Shown one piece after another: positions 41,936-56,347 of a stretch of DNA of 64,000 bases. The notes under the pieces are model-generated. The model did not search any database. It was not told the origin of the DNA and was given only the letters and a program-made list of their open reading frames with translations. Position numbers and translations under genes: made by a program. Source of the stretch: the human T2T-CHM13v2.0 reference genome, Homo sapiens; assembly GCF_009914755.1 (NCBI RefSeq), contig NC_060936.1; one strand, written 5' to 3'. The number at the start of each line of letters is the position of its first letter. The first letter of the stretch is position 1.

Positions 41936-42379
41936 TAAGTTTTTATGTCTCCCTGTCAAGATCATTTCCTTAGAGACTAATAAGTACTTTGTCAAAATCA
42001 ATGTAGCAACATACCACAAGAAGAGATTCAGGAAGACATATAAGTACTTCAGTATTATTTGAACATAAGTAGATGGACTAGAAAAATTTAGATACTGATT
42101 AAGCTTACAACAGAAAAGCAGGGAATAAAGTTTAAATGTTTTGAAAGAGTTTAAAAGAAAACAATTAAAAATTACCTATGGAGTTAGGCTATTTTATTTT
42201 TGTAGGCTTTGGTCCATAGACTTTTCCTTGAGATTCTTGAGAAACTTTACATATTAATCTACCTTAAGAATGCGAATGTTTTGCTGGTGTCGAAACTGAA
42301 TGTGTGATCAATGAGCAAGAACTGAAAAGTCTCTGTTCTAGGTAGGATCGAGAACTTCTTTTTTTCTAATTCCACACAG

Positions 42380-42592
42380 ACACATCTTCGGCCTCTGAGG
42401 ATGAGGGCTCTCTGAGACGCCAAGCTGCGCTCTCTGCTGCCTTGCAACAGAGCTTACAGAATGCTGAGTCCTGGATCAACCGTTCAATTCAGGGATCGTC
42501 CACTTCTTCATCCGCATCTTCTACGCTGTCCCACGGAGAGGTCAAAGGAACCAGTGGGTCTCTAGCTGATGTATTTGCCAATACTCGAATAG
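42380..42592 (+). CDS. DIP2B: DIP2B coding exon (probably exon 5), 213 nt, phase 1-1
   Basis: ccacacag|ACACATCT...CGAATAG|gtagga; (D)TSSASEDEGSLRRQAALSAALQQSLQNAESWINRSIQGSS...VFANTRI; overlaps ORF 42442..42708. Confidence 0.96.
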
Positions 42593-43869
42593 GTAGGAGC
42601 TGGATCTACCCAAGAAGCCCAAATTACATTCCATTTGGCTCCCAGTATCCAGGAAATAGTTTATGGTTTGTGTTAGGTTTTTCAGTATGGCCTAAAAAAA
42701 AGAATTAGAGAAAACATGACAGTTAATGAGGAAAAGATGGAAACACCAGCAATACATTTGTCACAGGAATAATAGATAACACCTGCATTATTGGTGCGTA
42801 GTTTTGCCCACCTGAAGCCATAGCTATTTCCATAAGCAATGCTCAAGCTGCAAGATATAACACCAGTCTCAGTGTGGAGTTATCCCAGCTGAAGAATATT
42901 CGATCTATTAAAAGGTTAAAATATGTAACATCTTAGATTTTTCCCAGGATTGTTACCTATATTCTGTTAAACCAAAAACACTAAACCTGAGCAAAATCTA
43001 TACTGAGCCAATATCAGTGAGGACTTTCGTCTTGACTGGATTTGTTGTCCTTGCTGCTGTGATATTGCTACACTGGAGTGTGCAGGCCGAGGATATTGGT
43101 ACTCTGAGCTGCTATCGATACACTGCAGATGCTACTATACAGAGTGTAGCTTTTGCTTGCCCCTGCTTTATGTTTTGTGTGTGTGTTTTTTTAAAGAGTT
43201 GTGACATCTGCAGATAAAGATACAGCTCAGATCTCTGCTTTTGCTTAATTGGTTGTTACAAATTACACCAAGTAATGTGTGTTAACATTATGTGTCTGTG
43301 ATATCTTTCCCTTTTTTTTCTTGACAATCAGTGCATTTTGGTGTCTTAATTTTCATCTCAGTGACCTGTCTATATCACCTAATATATCTTTATTCTGTTA
43401 ACTGATTTCTAAAAAAAGAAAAACTTGGAAAAATTTCAATTCAAGACTATAATTTTTAAAGAAATAGCTACCTTGAGGGTATGATTGCCCTCCTTAGAGA
43501 CCCATGTGCCAACAGCTGATGACTTGTCTTGCACGCTTAGCTCTGCCCTGCCCTGCCATTTCCTGAGCCTCCTGAAGCAGCTACAAAGATTTGCGTATTC
43601 ACCACCTCTCCAGTCGTGGAGCAACAGAGCCATGGTTGCTGAGGTTTTATTTCCACATCTGTCTAAAAGAGACCAGTATTACTTGTTAAATATATTATCC
43701 TAATACCCAGTTAACTTTTACCTGGATTTTTGTTAACAAGATGTCTCATCCAACCGTATATTTTTCATTGCTTCTACTACTCTGTGAAAAGTTACTGGTT
43801 CAGTTACTCACAGAAACCATTTTATCCACATTATTGCTTTTTGGATGTTTGTTGTAACAGGAGTAATTC

Positions 43870-44390
43870 ATGATCCTAATAGAAAAATTCAAAAATATAG
43901 GTAAAAGAAAAGTAAAATAACCTATAATCCTACCTCCCATGGGTAATACTTTAGTATTATTACTGTAGTGTATATTCTTCTAGATTTTACTTACATATGT
44001 AAGGTTTTGGTTTTGATTTTACAAAAATGAACTGTCCTAAACATAATGTTAATAACCTGCTTTTCTTAGCAGTATGTGATGAACATCTTTTACATCATTA
44101 TGTTACACTATTATTTTTATGGTTTCAATATACACTATTGTGTGACTCTCTGCCCTGGTTTATTTGGCCATTCCCCTATTAAATAGTGTCCAATTTTTTG
44201 CTATTATAAAAATTATTGGATTGAACATGCTTGAACACACAACTTTGTACATTTGTCTGATTATTTCCTTAGCGTATATTCCTATAAGTTTGAATTGCTG
44301 GACCAAATAAAAATGTCTGTTTTAATGCTTTTTGTTACCACATTATCCTACAGAAAGGTATACCGGAATATACTCATGTTAGTATATTTA
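43870..44390 (-). mobile_element. Old L1ME-like 3' fragment
   Basis: ccaattttttgctattataaaa...ctgattatttccttagcgtatattccta...gaattgctgg resembles an antisense L1M 3' end. Confidence 0.65.
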
Positions 44391-45069
44391 AAATTTTAAA
44401 AACTATTCAACTAATAATTACAGACTTAAGGGGCATAGAGACCTTACCCCCAAATCTATTTTAGAAATTGTTTGTATTATGCTTTTTTCCTTTTTTAAGT
44501 TTTACAAAAAACTTAGAAGAAAACATCTGGAGAAGTAAGAAGAAGGAAATTAGAGGGAGGAAAATGTATGATTTACAAGAATCACAGAAAGCCACTAAAA
44601 AACTATGTGGTGTTTTTTGTTGTTGTCGTTACGTGTCCCTGTTGAACAGGGATCTTTTCCAGTTTACTCATTCAGTTTCTCCATGTTAAGAATCTTGAGA
44701 CCTGGTGTGGTGGCACACGCCTGTAATCCCAGCACTTTGGGAGGCATTGGTGGGAGGATTGCTTGAGCCCAGGAGTTCGAGACCAGCCTGGGCAGCATGG
44801 CAAGACTCCATCTCTACTAAAAATACAAATATTAGCCTGATGTAGTGGTGTGCACCTGTGGTCCCCATACTTGGGAGGCTGAGGTGGGAGGCTTACTTGA
44901 GCCCAGGAGGTTGAGGCTGTAGTGAGCTGTGATTGCACCACTGCATTCCTGGCTGGGCAACAGCACAAGACCCTGTCTGAAAAATAAAAAGAATCCCTAT
45001 GTGCGGTAGAGTAGAATAACACTATTTAGTCTCTACCTGGAGCAAAGGAAGAACCTTGTCTGTCAAGGA

Positions 45070-45138
45070 GATCCAAATTACCTATGGATTATTGTATGAT
45101 CCAAATTACCTATGGATTATTGTATAATCCGTAGGTAA
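45070..45138. repeat. Perfect 28-bp tandem duplication overlapping a 14-bp inverted repeat
   Basis: GATCCAAATTACCTATGGATTATTGTAT x2 (45070-45097, 45098-45125); TTACCTATGGATTA (45106-45119) pairs with TAATCCGTAGGTAA (45125-45138). Confidence 0.95.
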
Positions 45139-45667
45139 AAGTTAAAAGTGGACTTTATCTAGTGTTTTTTCATCTGGAAACTTGTGCAGCCTGACCCACT
45201 TTCAAGATACGAGTTTGGTCTTTGGTAGAAGGGGAAACATTCTAGATAAACTATAACAATCAAGAAATGTTCGAGAGACTGCAATATTAGTAGCCAGTTA
45301 TGATCTTATTTGGTTCCATTTTGAGGTCACTGCAAGTTTTATTATGATTATTTTATAACACTGGATTTCTACCAGCCTTTCTGTGTAGAAAATGATGTTT
45401 TGAGAAACATTGAATGTGAGATTTGATCTTACTAAGGCTACTCAAGTCTTACAAAATAATAATTTTGGAAAGCTGATATACCCTGGCTTAACTTACTGTT
45501 CTCCCATTGTGTCTTGCTAATAGATTCTGATTTTTAAATGTTGTTTTACAAGAGCCAGTGCCCCCATTTATGTACTTTTCTTCCTTGTTAAAAAACAAAA
45601 CCCCAAAGATTTGAAGGTTCTTAGTTTTGCTGCTAATATAATTCTAAACTTTGTTTTCTCCTCTCAG

Positions 45668-45823
45668 AGAATTTCTCTGCTCCTCCTGATGTCACTACAA
45701 CTACCTCTTCCTCCTCATCATCTTCCTCAATTCGCCCAGCAAACATTGACCTGCCCCCCTCGGGGATAGTTAAAGGCATGCACAAAGGATCCAACAGGTC
45801 CAGCCTTATGGATACAGCTGATG
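45668..45823 (+). CDS. DIP2B: DIP2B coding exon (probably exon 6), 156 nt, phase 1-1, poly-Thr/Ser tract
   Basis: ctctcag|AGAATTTC...GCTGATG|gtaagg; (E)NFSAPPDVTTTTSSSSSSSSIRPANIDLPPSGIVKGMHKGSNRSSLMDTAD. Confidence 0.96.
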
Positions 45824-46522
45824 GTAAGGAGTTGTTTTTGGTAGCTCAATTGTAGTGTAAACTAAACTAGAAAAATTCAAATTATGAATGATAGCTCCTA
45901 ACTAGCCCAGCAGCTGCAGAACTGCATTGTAGTTGGCCCACTAATAACTAATCCTGGGTACCTTTTTTCCATCATCTGCACAGTGACAGTATTGCCACTT
46001 AATTGAACTTAGTGGATACTTCCAGATGATACTTTGAACAAAAACCTAAATGTGGAAAAAGAAAAGAATAACAGAGGGCCGGGCACGGTGGCTCACGCCT
46101 GTAATCCCAGCACTTTGGGAGGCCGCGGTGGGCAGATCATGAGGTCAGGAGATCGAGACCATCCTGGCTAACACAGTGAAACCCCATCTCTACTAAAAAT
46201 ACAAAAAATTAGGCGGAGCTTGCAGTGAGCCAAGATGGCGCCACTGCACTCCAGCCTGGGGTGACAGAGCGAGACTCCATCTCAAAAAAAGAATAACTGA
46301 AAAGGAAGATTAGGTGAAATCCTTAAGCTATGTATTAATAATAGCACCATATTTGTTCTCTATTGTCATAAAACTTGTTGTGTACATATTTGGTCCACTT
46401 GAAAGAGAAGGAAACTGGACAAACGCCAAACATCCTTAGAAATAAAAGCTCCTGAGGGAACTGAGGAACTAAAATATCCTTACAGTCAATGAATTTTAAC
46501 TTAACCATTTTTTCCCTTATAG

Positions 46523-46642
46523 GTGTTCCTGTCAGTAGCAGAGTATCTACAAAAATCCAGCAGCTTCTGAACACTCTGAAACGACCCAAAAGGCCTCCCT
46601 TAAAGGAATTTTTTGTGGATGACTCTGAAGAAATTGTGGAAG
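46523..46642 (+). CDS. DIP2B: DIP2B coding exon (probably exon 7), 120 nt, phase 1-1
   Basis: tcccttatag|GTGTTCCT...GTGGAAG|gtagta; (G)VPVSSRVSTKIQQLLNTLKRPKRPPLKEFFVDDSEEIVE; overlaps ORF 46489..46818. Confidence 0.96.
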
Positions 46643-48607
46643 GTAGTAGTAAAAATACCAAAAACATATATTCATTAAATAAATATATCTTAAGCAGTTA
46701 CTATGTGTTAGGTACTGTAGGGTTAAAGAATGAACAAGACACAGTTCTTGGTTCAAAGAGTTCATCATTTTCTGCTCTTTTTTCCCTAATGATTATCTGT
46801 ATTTTAGATCTTAGATGAAAATTAAGGAGGGAAGGAAGAAGAGGGAAGAAAGGCAAAGAGATCACCATGGAGCATAGAACTGTCTTTGGAAATAAACTCT
46901 TTGAAATTAGGAACTATCCCAAATACATGATTTTACGAGTTATTTATATTTGGCATTTTCTCGGATGTGGATATCAAATTCAGCCTCAAAAGTTTGCCTA
47001 CTCTGTTTTCATATAATGTAATCCTTTTATGAATCAACCAATCAATACATATTTCTGCTTTCTACAAGGCAGCGTGTTAGATGGTGAAAAGGTTCAAAGA
47101 TTTATAAAAATACAGTTATTTCCTTCATGTTGTTTACAATTTAGACGGGTGCTAAAATATATCCATGTGAATACTTAGTTTAAGTATTAAGTATCTATCA
47201 GCCAATATAGGCACTTCTGAGAAGGGAAGAAATCAGTTCCTTCTGGGTTAGGAAAGGCTTCACAGAGGAAGTGTAACAGTGATTTATTCATTCAATAATT
47301 TTTAAATTATGGATAAAACCATATATCTAGGATTTAATAGGGAAGGGGAATGAGTGTGAGTATGGATAAAATGAGAATGGCCATTTGATAATTATAGAGT
47401 GATGACGATAGATCTAGACAAATAGATCTACCTAAGAAAAGCTTTTGTTGAAAGAGCTAAGCGTTGGTAGCTTTGTAGTCTGTTTTTATGTCCTGAGACT
47501 AATAGTAATAGGTTTTGATCACATCAGCTTGTTAATAGAATTAGGTACATTGGTAGACTAGATCTGGTCTTAGCCCAATTTATACCGCAGAAAGCAACCT
47601 GACATATGAGGTTAAGATGAGTATCTGTTTCTTTAGGAATCACTAAACTCATTGAATGGTGGACGTCTTTCATGATGTACTGATGTTCAAGATGTCCACG
47701 CCAGCAATAGCCTTTCCAGTGTTTTTAGCATTGGGTATTGACCAGGCACATGAAGGTCACGGTTTTTAACAGGAATCTTACCTGAAAAAATTGCATTGGC
47801 AGAATAGAACTAACAACTTTCCATTAATTACTAATATAAATAGGCAATAGTTGCTTGTTTGAGTAATTGTTACCTTTGGAAAAGAAAAATACCAGTAGGT
47901 CTTTGGAAATCTGAAAGAGCATGCCCCAGAATCTGCATTGAAGCCTAATGGATAATGGCGATAATGTCAGCTTTCATGGCAGGAAACAATGCCTACTATA
48001 TACATAGTCTGTCCAAACAAATACAATACTTATTTAGAAACACCCATGTTTATTTTTTTTAGTTAATCTGGTGGTTTAGCGTCTGGGAATGTACAAAGCA
48101 GAAGGGCAGTTGAAACATTTATTATTTACCCTAAGGCAGCAAATTGGGGAGTGAAACTATTTCATGAATGTTACGTTAGTAGAAAAATGAATCAAGGCAT
48201 TTTAAGTACAATCCCCAGATTTGTCATTGAGCTATAAAACATTTATTTCATATTTCATTTGCCCATCTAAGATTTGTTGCTCATTCTGTCCCTTCTCCCT
48301 TCCGTGCCTCTTTTCTCATCTCTTGTTCACCTGGCTAATTCCTGATCATCCTTTAAGACTCAGCTCAGACATTTCCTCCTCCAGGTGGAGACGTGCCCCA
48401 CTTCTCACGCACTGCTCATGTTGTCCTAGCCTTAGCGCTGAGTCTGTGTGTGTTTATGTCCCCTGGTGCACTCTATCTAGAGTGATTTGTTCCACGTGTA
48501 AATTATCTTTCCTGCTATGAAAATGTAGCATTTGGCCGGGCGCGGTGGCTCACACCTGTAATCCCAGCACTCTGGGAGGCTGAGGCGAGTGGGAAGTCAG
48601 GAGTTCA

Positions 48608-48957
<350 letters not shown>

Positions 48958-49872
48958 TTAGTTCCCCACTAAACACACAACCAAATTCAGTCCAGTTCAG
49001 CTGACATTGTTGAACAACCGTGAAGTATTAGGCACTACAGCCAGTAAGGGGAGTAAGAGCCACCCCTTTCCTCAAGAAGCCATCAGCCTTTGTGGGGGAA
49101 AACTTGTACAGTAAAAGAAGTCCTTAGGATGCTCAGTGCTTTCCTAAGGGCAACGTGGGAGCACTAAGGAAGCAGTAGTCTCCTCAGGGAGTGGTTGGGA
49201 ATGGTTCCCAGAGAATGTGCTGTTTCAGCCAAGTCCTGAAAAGGATGAGGAAGAGTTCACCAGGAGGCAAAGGGATTGGCCATACGAGATGAGTGCAGAG
49301 GTCTGGAGACATGGGATATTGTGGTTTATGCCCATTGTCTGTTTGAGTGAAGTAATGACCCTGAGGTATAACTGTTACTATCCCCGTTTTACAGATGAGG
49401 AAAGCCAAGCTCAGGTAAATCAATTGGCCTAAGGTAATACTAGTAAAAAGTCAATGTAAACTTGGGCTTTCTGACTCACAGTATAATGCTTTCTCATTAA
49501 ACATAATCTGCTGTAGTAGAACCTGGCTGTCTCACACTGGACACAGACTGTACAGATTTAAAAACAAATTTGCTAAAAATTGTGAAATTGCTACAAAAAA
49601 TGTATATTTTGTGCTATTCTATATATGCAGTGATTTGCTTTGTCAGGGTCAGGATTTGTTCATTGCATAAAACGAATATGATTTCACATTTAAGTGGAAA
49701 ATTGAATTAAGGCCCAGTTTGTGGACCACCATTTCTAACCATGTCCTTTCTCAAAGTGAGTTTAAACCAGGTAAATATGAAGTGAAAAGGAAGATGCAGT
49801 TGAGATTAGAGACCTAAGTTGTGTTCATTGGTATTTGTACTCATTTCACTCATTGGGATTTTCCTGGTACAG

Positions 49873-50070
49873 TACCTCAGCCAGACCCCAACCAGCCCAA
49901 GCCGGAGGGACGGCAGATGACCCCTGTGAAAGGAGAGCCTTTAGGAGTCATCTGTAACTGGCCTCCTGCTCTTGAATCTGCCCTGCAGCGCTGGGGTACC
50001 ACTCAAGCAAAATGCTCCTGTCTGACTGCACTGGACATGACAGGGAAACCAGTTTACACTCTTACATATG
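49873..50070 (+). CDS. DIP2B: DIP2B coding exon (probably exon 8), 198 nt, phase 1-1; start of first adenylate-forming domain
   Basis: ggtacag|TACCTCAG...ACATATG|gtgagt; (V)PQPDPNQPKPEGRQMTPVKGEPLGVICNWPPALESALQRWG...PVYTLTY. Confidence 0.96.
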
Positions 50071-51119
50071 GTGAGTCTGCAAGATTCCAGATCCTTCTCT
50101 CCTGAGAGTTCTTCAGAATATCATGGGTAGTGTTTTTATCTAGATACTTAGCAGTTGCTGGCCATTATGTTTCAGTAGATTTTTTCAATAATTTAAAAGG
50201 ATCCTAAGCTCTAAGTAAAGCTATTGCCAAATATTTTCATTTGCTAAAGCAACATTTGCAAGCCAGCTAATATTTAAAAGACAGCAAAAAGAAGAGAGAC
50301 TTTGTACATCCATAGATGTTTTAACATTACAAGAGGATTTTAGAAAAACATTTGGTATTGATGTATGGTGAAAATCAGATGGTTTTATCTAACAGTTGAA
50401 ACTGATTACTTGTTAAATCTTTATTCCATCCTGCTTCTTGATTATAATAGGCACAAAATTCTGTAATGAACAAAGAATGAGTACTTTTCCGTTTAATTTT
50501 GCATACTAGCTAAAATTTTTCTTTTTAAAATAACTTCAAGGAAAAATGGGGTCAACCCTGGGCTATGAGATTTTGTACTAGTTTATTCAAACAGATTCCT
50601 TTTCTCCTTTGCAAGTGGAGCACAGTGTCCATAGACCTAGATGGAAAATAATCTTTGAGGAAAAACAAGGTTTTATTTAAAGAATTACGCAGGTTGACAT
50701 AGTTTAAACTTTGGATGCCCCTCTGAATAAATTGTATGTAAAATAACGTAGCTATTTAAAATAACATGATTTCCCTTATCTCATAATCTAAAATAAGAAT
50801 TTCTAAGAGTGGTTGAGGGAAGGGAGTAGGAAAAGAAAAGCATTTTTTGTTTGTTTTTGTCAAAATTGTTTTAACATTCACCTCAGAAGCTGTATATACA
50901 TTTCATTCATATAACCCTTAAAGAAAGCATTTAACTGGCCAAATCTTTGCATGTTTATTTAACATCTATGAATACATCCATATGTTCATACAGATAATTT
51001 CCATTTTAATGTTTGTTTTTACTAAATTACAGCAGTATGGAATGTTTAATCATTTGAGTCATGTTTTTGCTTTGCAGTTTCCTCAAGTGTCTGATACCAC
51101 CTATGTAAGTGGTTTTTCA

Positions 51120-51230
<111 letters not shown>

Positions 51231-51866
51231 TCACCTGAGGCCAGGAATTTGAGACCAGCCCAGACAACATGGCGAAACCTCATCTCTATTAAAAATACAA
51301 AAATTAGCCGGATGTGGTGACACACACCTGTAGTCCCAGCTACTTGAGAGGCTGAGGCAAGAATTACTCAAACAGGGAGACAGACAGAGGTTGCAGTGAG
51401 CCGAGATTGCACCACTGCACTCCAGCCTGGGCGACAGAGTGAGACTCTGTCTTAAAAAAAAAAAAAAAAAAAAAAAACTTAGAACAGAAGTATTCTTCTG
51501 ATTTTCAGTCTTGTAATTAAAAATATTGTTTTCCTCCCTTTCAGTATGATCAGTTTGCATCAAATTATTTCTAAGGATATGCAGATTCTTTCAGAAAAGA
51601 ATTTGAAATACTATGTAAACCAGGATGAGCATCTGGTGATGTTTTATTTCTGTTTCAAGGCATGACTGGCTTTTGTAAACTAGAATGAATAGAAAGCTTT
51701 TGTGGGGAGGCCTACTGTGTGTTGGGGGTGAATGACACTCATCTAACCCATCATTTGGAAGTGGCCATTGTCTCATTAACTACACTGATGATCTGAATGT
51801 TCTTTCATTGAGGTAGACCTGTTTTTTTTTCTATATGACTGTTGTTTTTTTTTCCTTTTTTTCCAG

Positions 51867-51958
51867 GAAAGTTGTGGAGCAGAAGTTTAAAGTTGGCCTA
51901 CACACTTCTTAATAAACTGGGGACCAAAAATGAACCTGTGTTAAAACCTGGAGACAGG
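51867..51958 (+). CDS. DIP2B: DIP2B coding exon (probably exon 9), 92 nt, phase 1-0
   Basis: tttttccag|GAAAGTTG...GACAGG|gtaatt; (G)KLWSRSLKLAYTLLNKLGTKNEPVLKPGDR. Confidence 0.96.
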
Positions 51959-52303
51959 GTAATTGGTGTGATTTTGGTTTTAGGGAGGTGGTGTTTATTG
52001 TTTTCTAATATGCTAATATTCTAATATTCTGGAGTTTTCATATACAACAGGAAAATTTATGTAACTCTTATTTTTGGAAAAATAAAAATGGTTTGGTTCC
52101 AACGCAGGTTAGCCCAATGCCAGATGACAATTCTCACATTCCTGGGTTGAAGGAAATTCGCATGTCCTTTCCTGTAGCTGCCAATCAGTAATCTCTTTAG
52201 GTGCTAATAAAAAGAAAGAGAAACCTTAGTCTTTCCAGAAATAAATATTTGAATCTTTAGACAATAAGAAAACAGCAACAAAACATACTCTCTGATTTTT
52301 TTA

Positions 52304-52477
<174 letters not shown>

Positions 52478-53636
52478 TTAATTAGCTGGGTGTGGTGGCA
52501 TGCACCTGTAGTCCCAGCTACTCGGGAGGTTAAGGCGGGAGGATTGCTTGAGCCCAGGAGTTCAAGGCAGCAGTGAGCCATGATCTTGCCACTGCATTTG
52601 TGTGGGCAACAGAGTGAGACCCTAACAACAACAACAACAAAAAAAAAGCCTCATACATCTTTTAAAACATTTTTCTGTGGTCTTATGTAAAAAGAGAGGA
52701 AGATTCATGTTACTTTTAAGAAAAAACCGATTGACAGAGTTTTATTTCTCCTTTAATTTGAGGGGACATTATACTATTTTTTTAATTTTTGAAGATATTT
52801 TTCCTATTAATGACTTTCTAAATATGATTACTTTTTACCATTACTTTTCATTTGGAATTCATAGAATGAAACACCAACTACACAATAGACTTATTTTGAT
52901 TGGGCTTATGATTATGGAATCTCTTAAACTAGACCTGTTAAAAATACTTTTGCATTGTGACAAAGGGCACATAAAGGATGGCTTTTACTTATAAATGTGA
53001 CACATGAGTGTTTCCTAGTCCTCCTGAACCCTAAGCAGGTGATTTTGTGTCTCCCTAGCAAGATGGACACTGTGCAGGAAGGAAATGGGTTGTTTAAATG
53101 TCTTGTGGAATTAATTTTCCAGAACCCTAGGAAAATTCAGAAGTTCAAAAGTGAACTTCTCTTGGGAGTGAGTTAACAGAATTTGAAAGCAAAAGAAGGG
53201 GAAACAAGTCTCATGACGTAATTAAGTTTCAAATATTAATCTGTGAGTATCCAAACCAAGTAAGAAACTCCGCAGTGGTAGTGACTTTTACGTTTTTGCA
53301 TTCCTTGAGTGAATTAGGAAAAGTCACTTATCTCTGTGATGTGTTACAGGTGAGATCACAGGTTTGAACTTACTATAGAGGTTTCACGGTTTATGTTCTA
53401 TTAATGAATTAACTGTATATCCATACGGTTTCCACCAGTATTGTTTACACCTATTACCAGATGCCCTCCTGCTAGAACATTTGCATTGTTGGGTAAGGGA
53501 ACAAGGATTAAAACAATGAATTAAAGAGTAAGAAAACTGGCCGGGTGGGGTGGCTCACGCCTGCAATCCCAGCACTTTGGGAGGCCAAGGCAGGCAGATC
53601 ACGAGGTCAGGAGATCGATCGAGACCATCCTGGCTA

Positions 53637-53889
<253 letters not shown>

Positions 53890-54333
53890 TCAGTCTACAG
53901 TTGTAGGCTCTCTCTGAGAGATGTAAGGCTTATTCTTTAATATGCTGTTCTATCTGGAGAGATCCATTACATTTATTTTATTGCCTTAGCCCTACACTAA
54001 AGTAAATTGCCTTGGGTTTCCTAAGTAATTAACTTAATGCTTAAGATGGTTTGTTTGTTGCTAAATCACCAAAAGGATTAAGTGAAAAATTGTGATGAGG
54101 ACGAGGATGAATGCGTTATAGTTCCCAAAATGTGTAGTATAATCGTGGGCATGTCGGAGATCTTTTTAGATGTGTGTCTCTATCTCAGTAACTTAATTTC
54201 CTTTAGAGCAGATGGCTGTTAAATAGTTTGATTTATTGTGTTCATGATAAATATTATATACTTAGACAGTGACATTGAAAGCATTAGTATGTTTTTATTC
54301 CTCTGTTAAACTGAATATCATTATGAATTTTAG

Positions 54334-54444
54334 GTAGCCCTGGTTTACCCCAACAATGATCCAGTCATGTTTATGGTGGCTTTCTATGGATGCCTCCTGG
54401 CAGAAGTGATTCCAGTGCCTATAGAGGTACCTCTTACCAGAAAG
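54334..54444 (+). CDS. DIP2B: DIP2B coding exon (probably exon 10), 111 nt, phase 0-0
   Basis: aattttag|GTAGCCCT...AGAAAG|gtaaca; VALVYPNNDPVMFMVAFYGCLLAEVIPVPIEVPLTRK (the GDRV...GCLLA..IPVP pattern of AMP-binding/FAAL folds). Confidence 0.96.
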
Positions 54445-55058
54445 GTAACATTGCTAAATTTAAGAGGAATGTAGCCTGATGTGACATGGCAGGCATTGGG
54501 TTCTTGGATAGATGTAGTCACAACAGTAAAAACTGTTCGACCATTTTTGGAAGTACTCAGCTTCACTTTCTAAAAACAGGAAATTTGTAGAAAAATTATT
54601 TATTAAATATTCACAAGTTTTATGCAAATAACATATTTTGTATTAAGATAGAGTTTGTATAGTATTGCATATCATTTAAAATATCACTGGGGCGAGGCCG
54701 GGCGCAGTGGCTCACGCCTGTAATCACAGCACTTTGGGAAGCTGAGGCGGGGGGATCACAAGGTCAGGAGATCGAGACCATCCTGGCTAACATGGTGAAA
54801 CCCCGTCTCTACTAAAAAATACAAAAAAATTAGTTGGGCGTGGTGGCGGGCGCCTGTGGTCCCAGCTACTCGGGAGGCTGAGGCAGGAGAATGGCGTGAA
54901 CCCTAGAGGTGGAGCTTGCAGTTAGTTGAGATCGCGCTATTGCACTCCAGCTTGGGCGACAGAGCAAGACTCCGTCTAAAAATAAATAGATAAATAAATA
55001 AAAAATAAATAAATATCACTGGGGCAACTGGACATGGTGGCTCACGCCTGTAATCCTA

Positions 55059-55365
<307 letters not shown>

Positions 55366-56086
55366 TTATAAAGAATCCCACTCTTGCTTCAGAGACTATA
55401 GATAATCCACATTTATAGTAGTTGAGACCTTTTTTAAAGGGATTTCCTCTAACTGTATCATATGACCTAGGATTTCCATTAGGTGGAAAGTGATGGTGTG
55501 ATGACATGTTACTTCTCTGGATTATAAGATTTTACTTTGACAATACATCAGCCCAACTAAAATGAAGCATATGTAACAGATTTCCATGTTTGACTGAGTG
55601 ATTTCTCCATGAGCCACTTGATGCTAATTTTGTCATGCAGTTTATTTCTGAGGGCTGATGTCAAAGATGAATATGTTGGAGGATGTGGATTTATAAGAAG
55701 AAATTGGCCAGGCACAATGGCTCACACCTGTAATCCCAGCACTTTGGGAGGCCGAGGTGGGTGGATCACCTGAGGTCAGGAGTTTGAGACCAGCCTGGCC
55801 AACATGGTGGAACCCCATCTCTACTAAAAATACAGAAATTAGCCAGGTGTGATGGCACAAGCCTGTGATCCCAGCTACTCAGGAGGCTGAGGCAGGAGAA
55901 TCGCTTGAACCCAGGAGGTGGAGTTTGCAGTGAGTCAAGATTGCGCCACTGTATACCAGCCTGACAAAGTGAGATCTTGTCTCAAAAAAATAAAAGAAGA
56001 AATCAGCCGGGCCGCAGTGGCTTATGCCTGTAATCCTAGCACTTTGGGAGGCTGAGGCGGGTGGATCACTTGAGGTCAGGAGTTCA

Positions 56087-56347
<261 letters not shown>

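Noticed and set aside
43017-43217. 66-aa ORF resembling a signal peptide plus Cys-rich tail
   Set aside because: Starts at GTG; hydrophobic and Cys content is explained by TG-rich composition; no supporting splice or promoter signal
45663-45670. Tandem acceptor CAGAG at exon 6
   Set aside because: The second AG is preceded by G and shifts frame by 2 nt; only the first keeps the DIP2B frame
53325-53355. CAG|GTGAGA junction-like motif
   Set aside because: Poor pyrimidine tract and a short (2.4 kb) intron; chance likely
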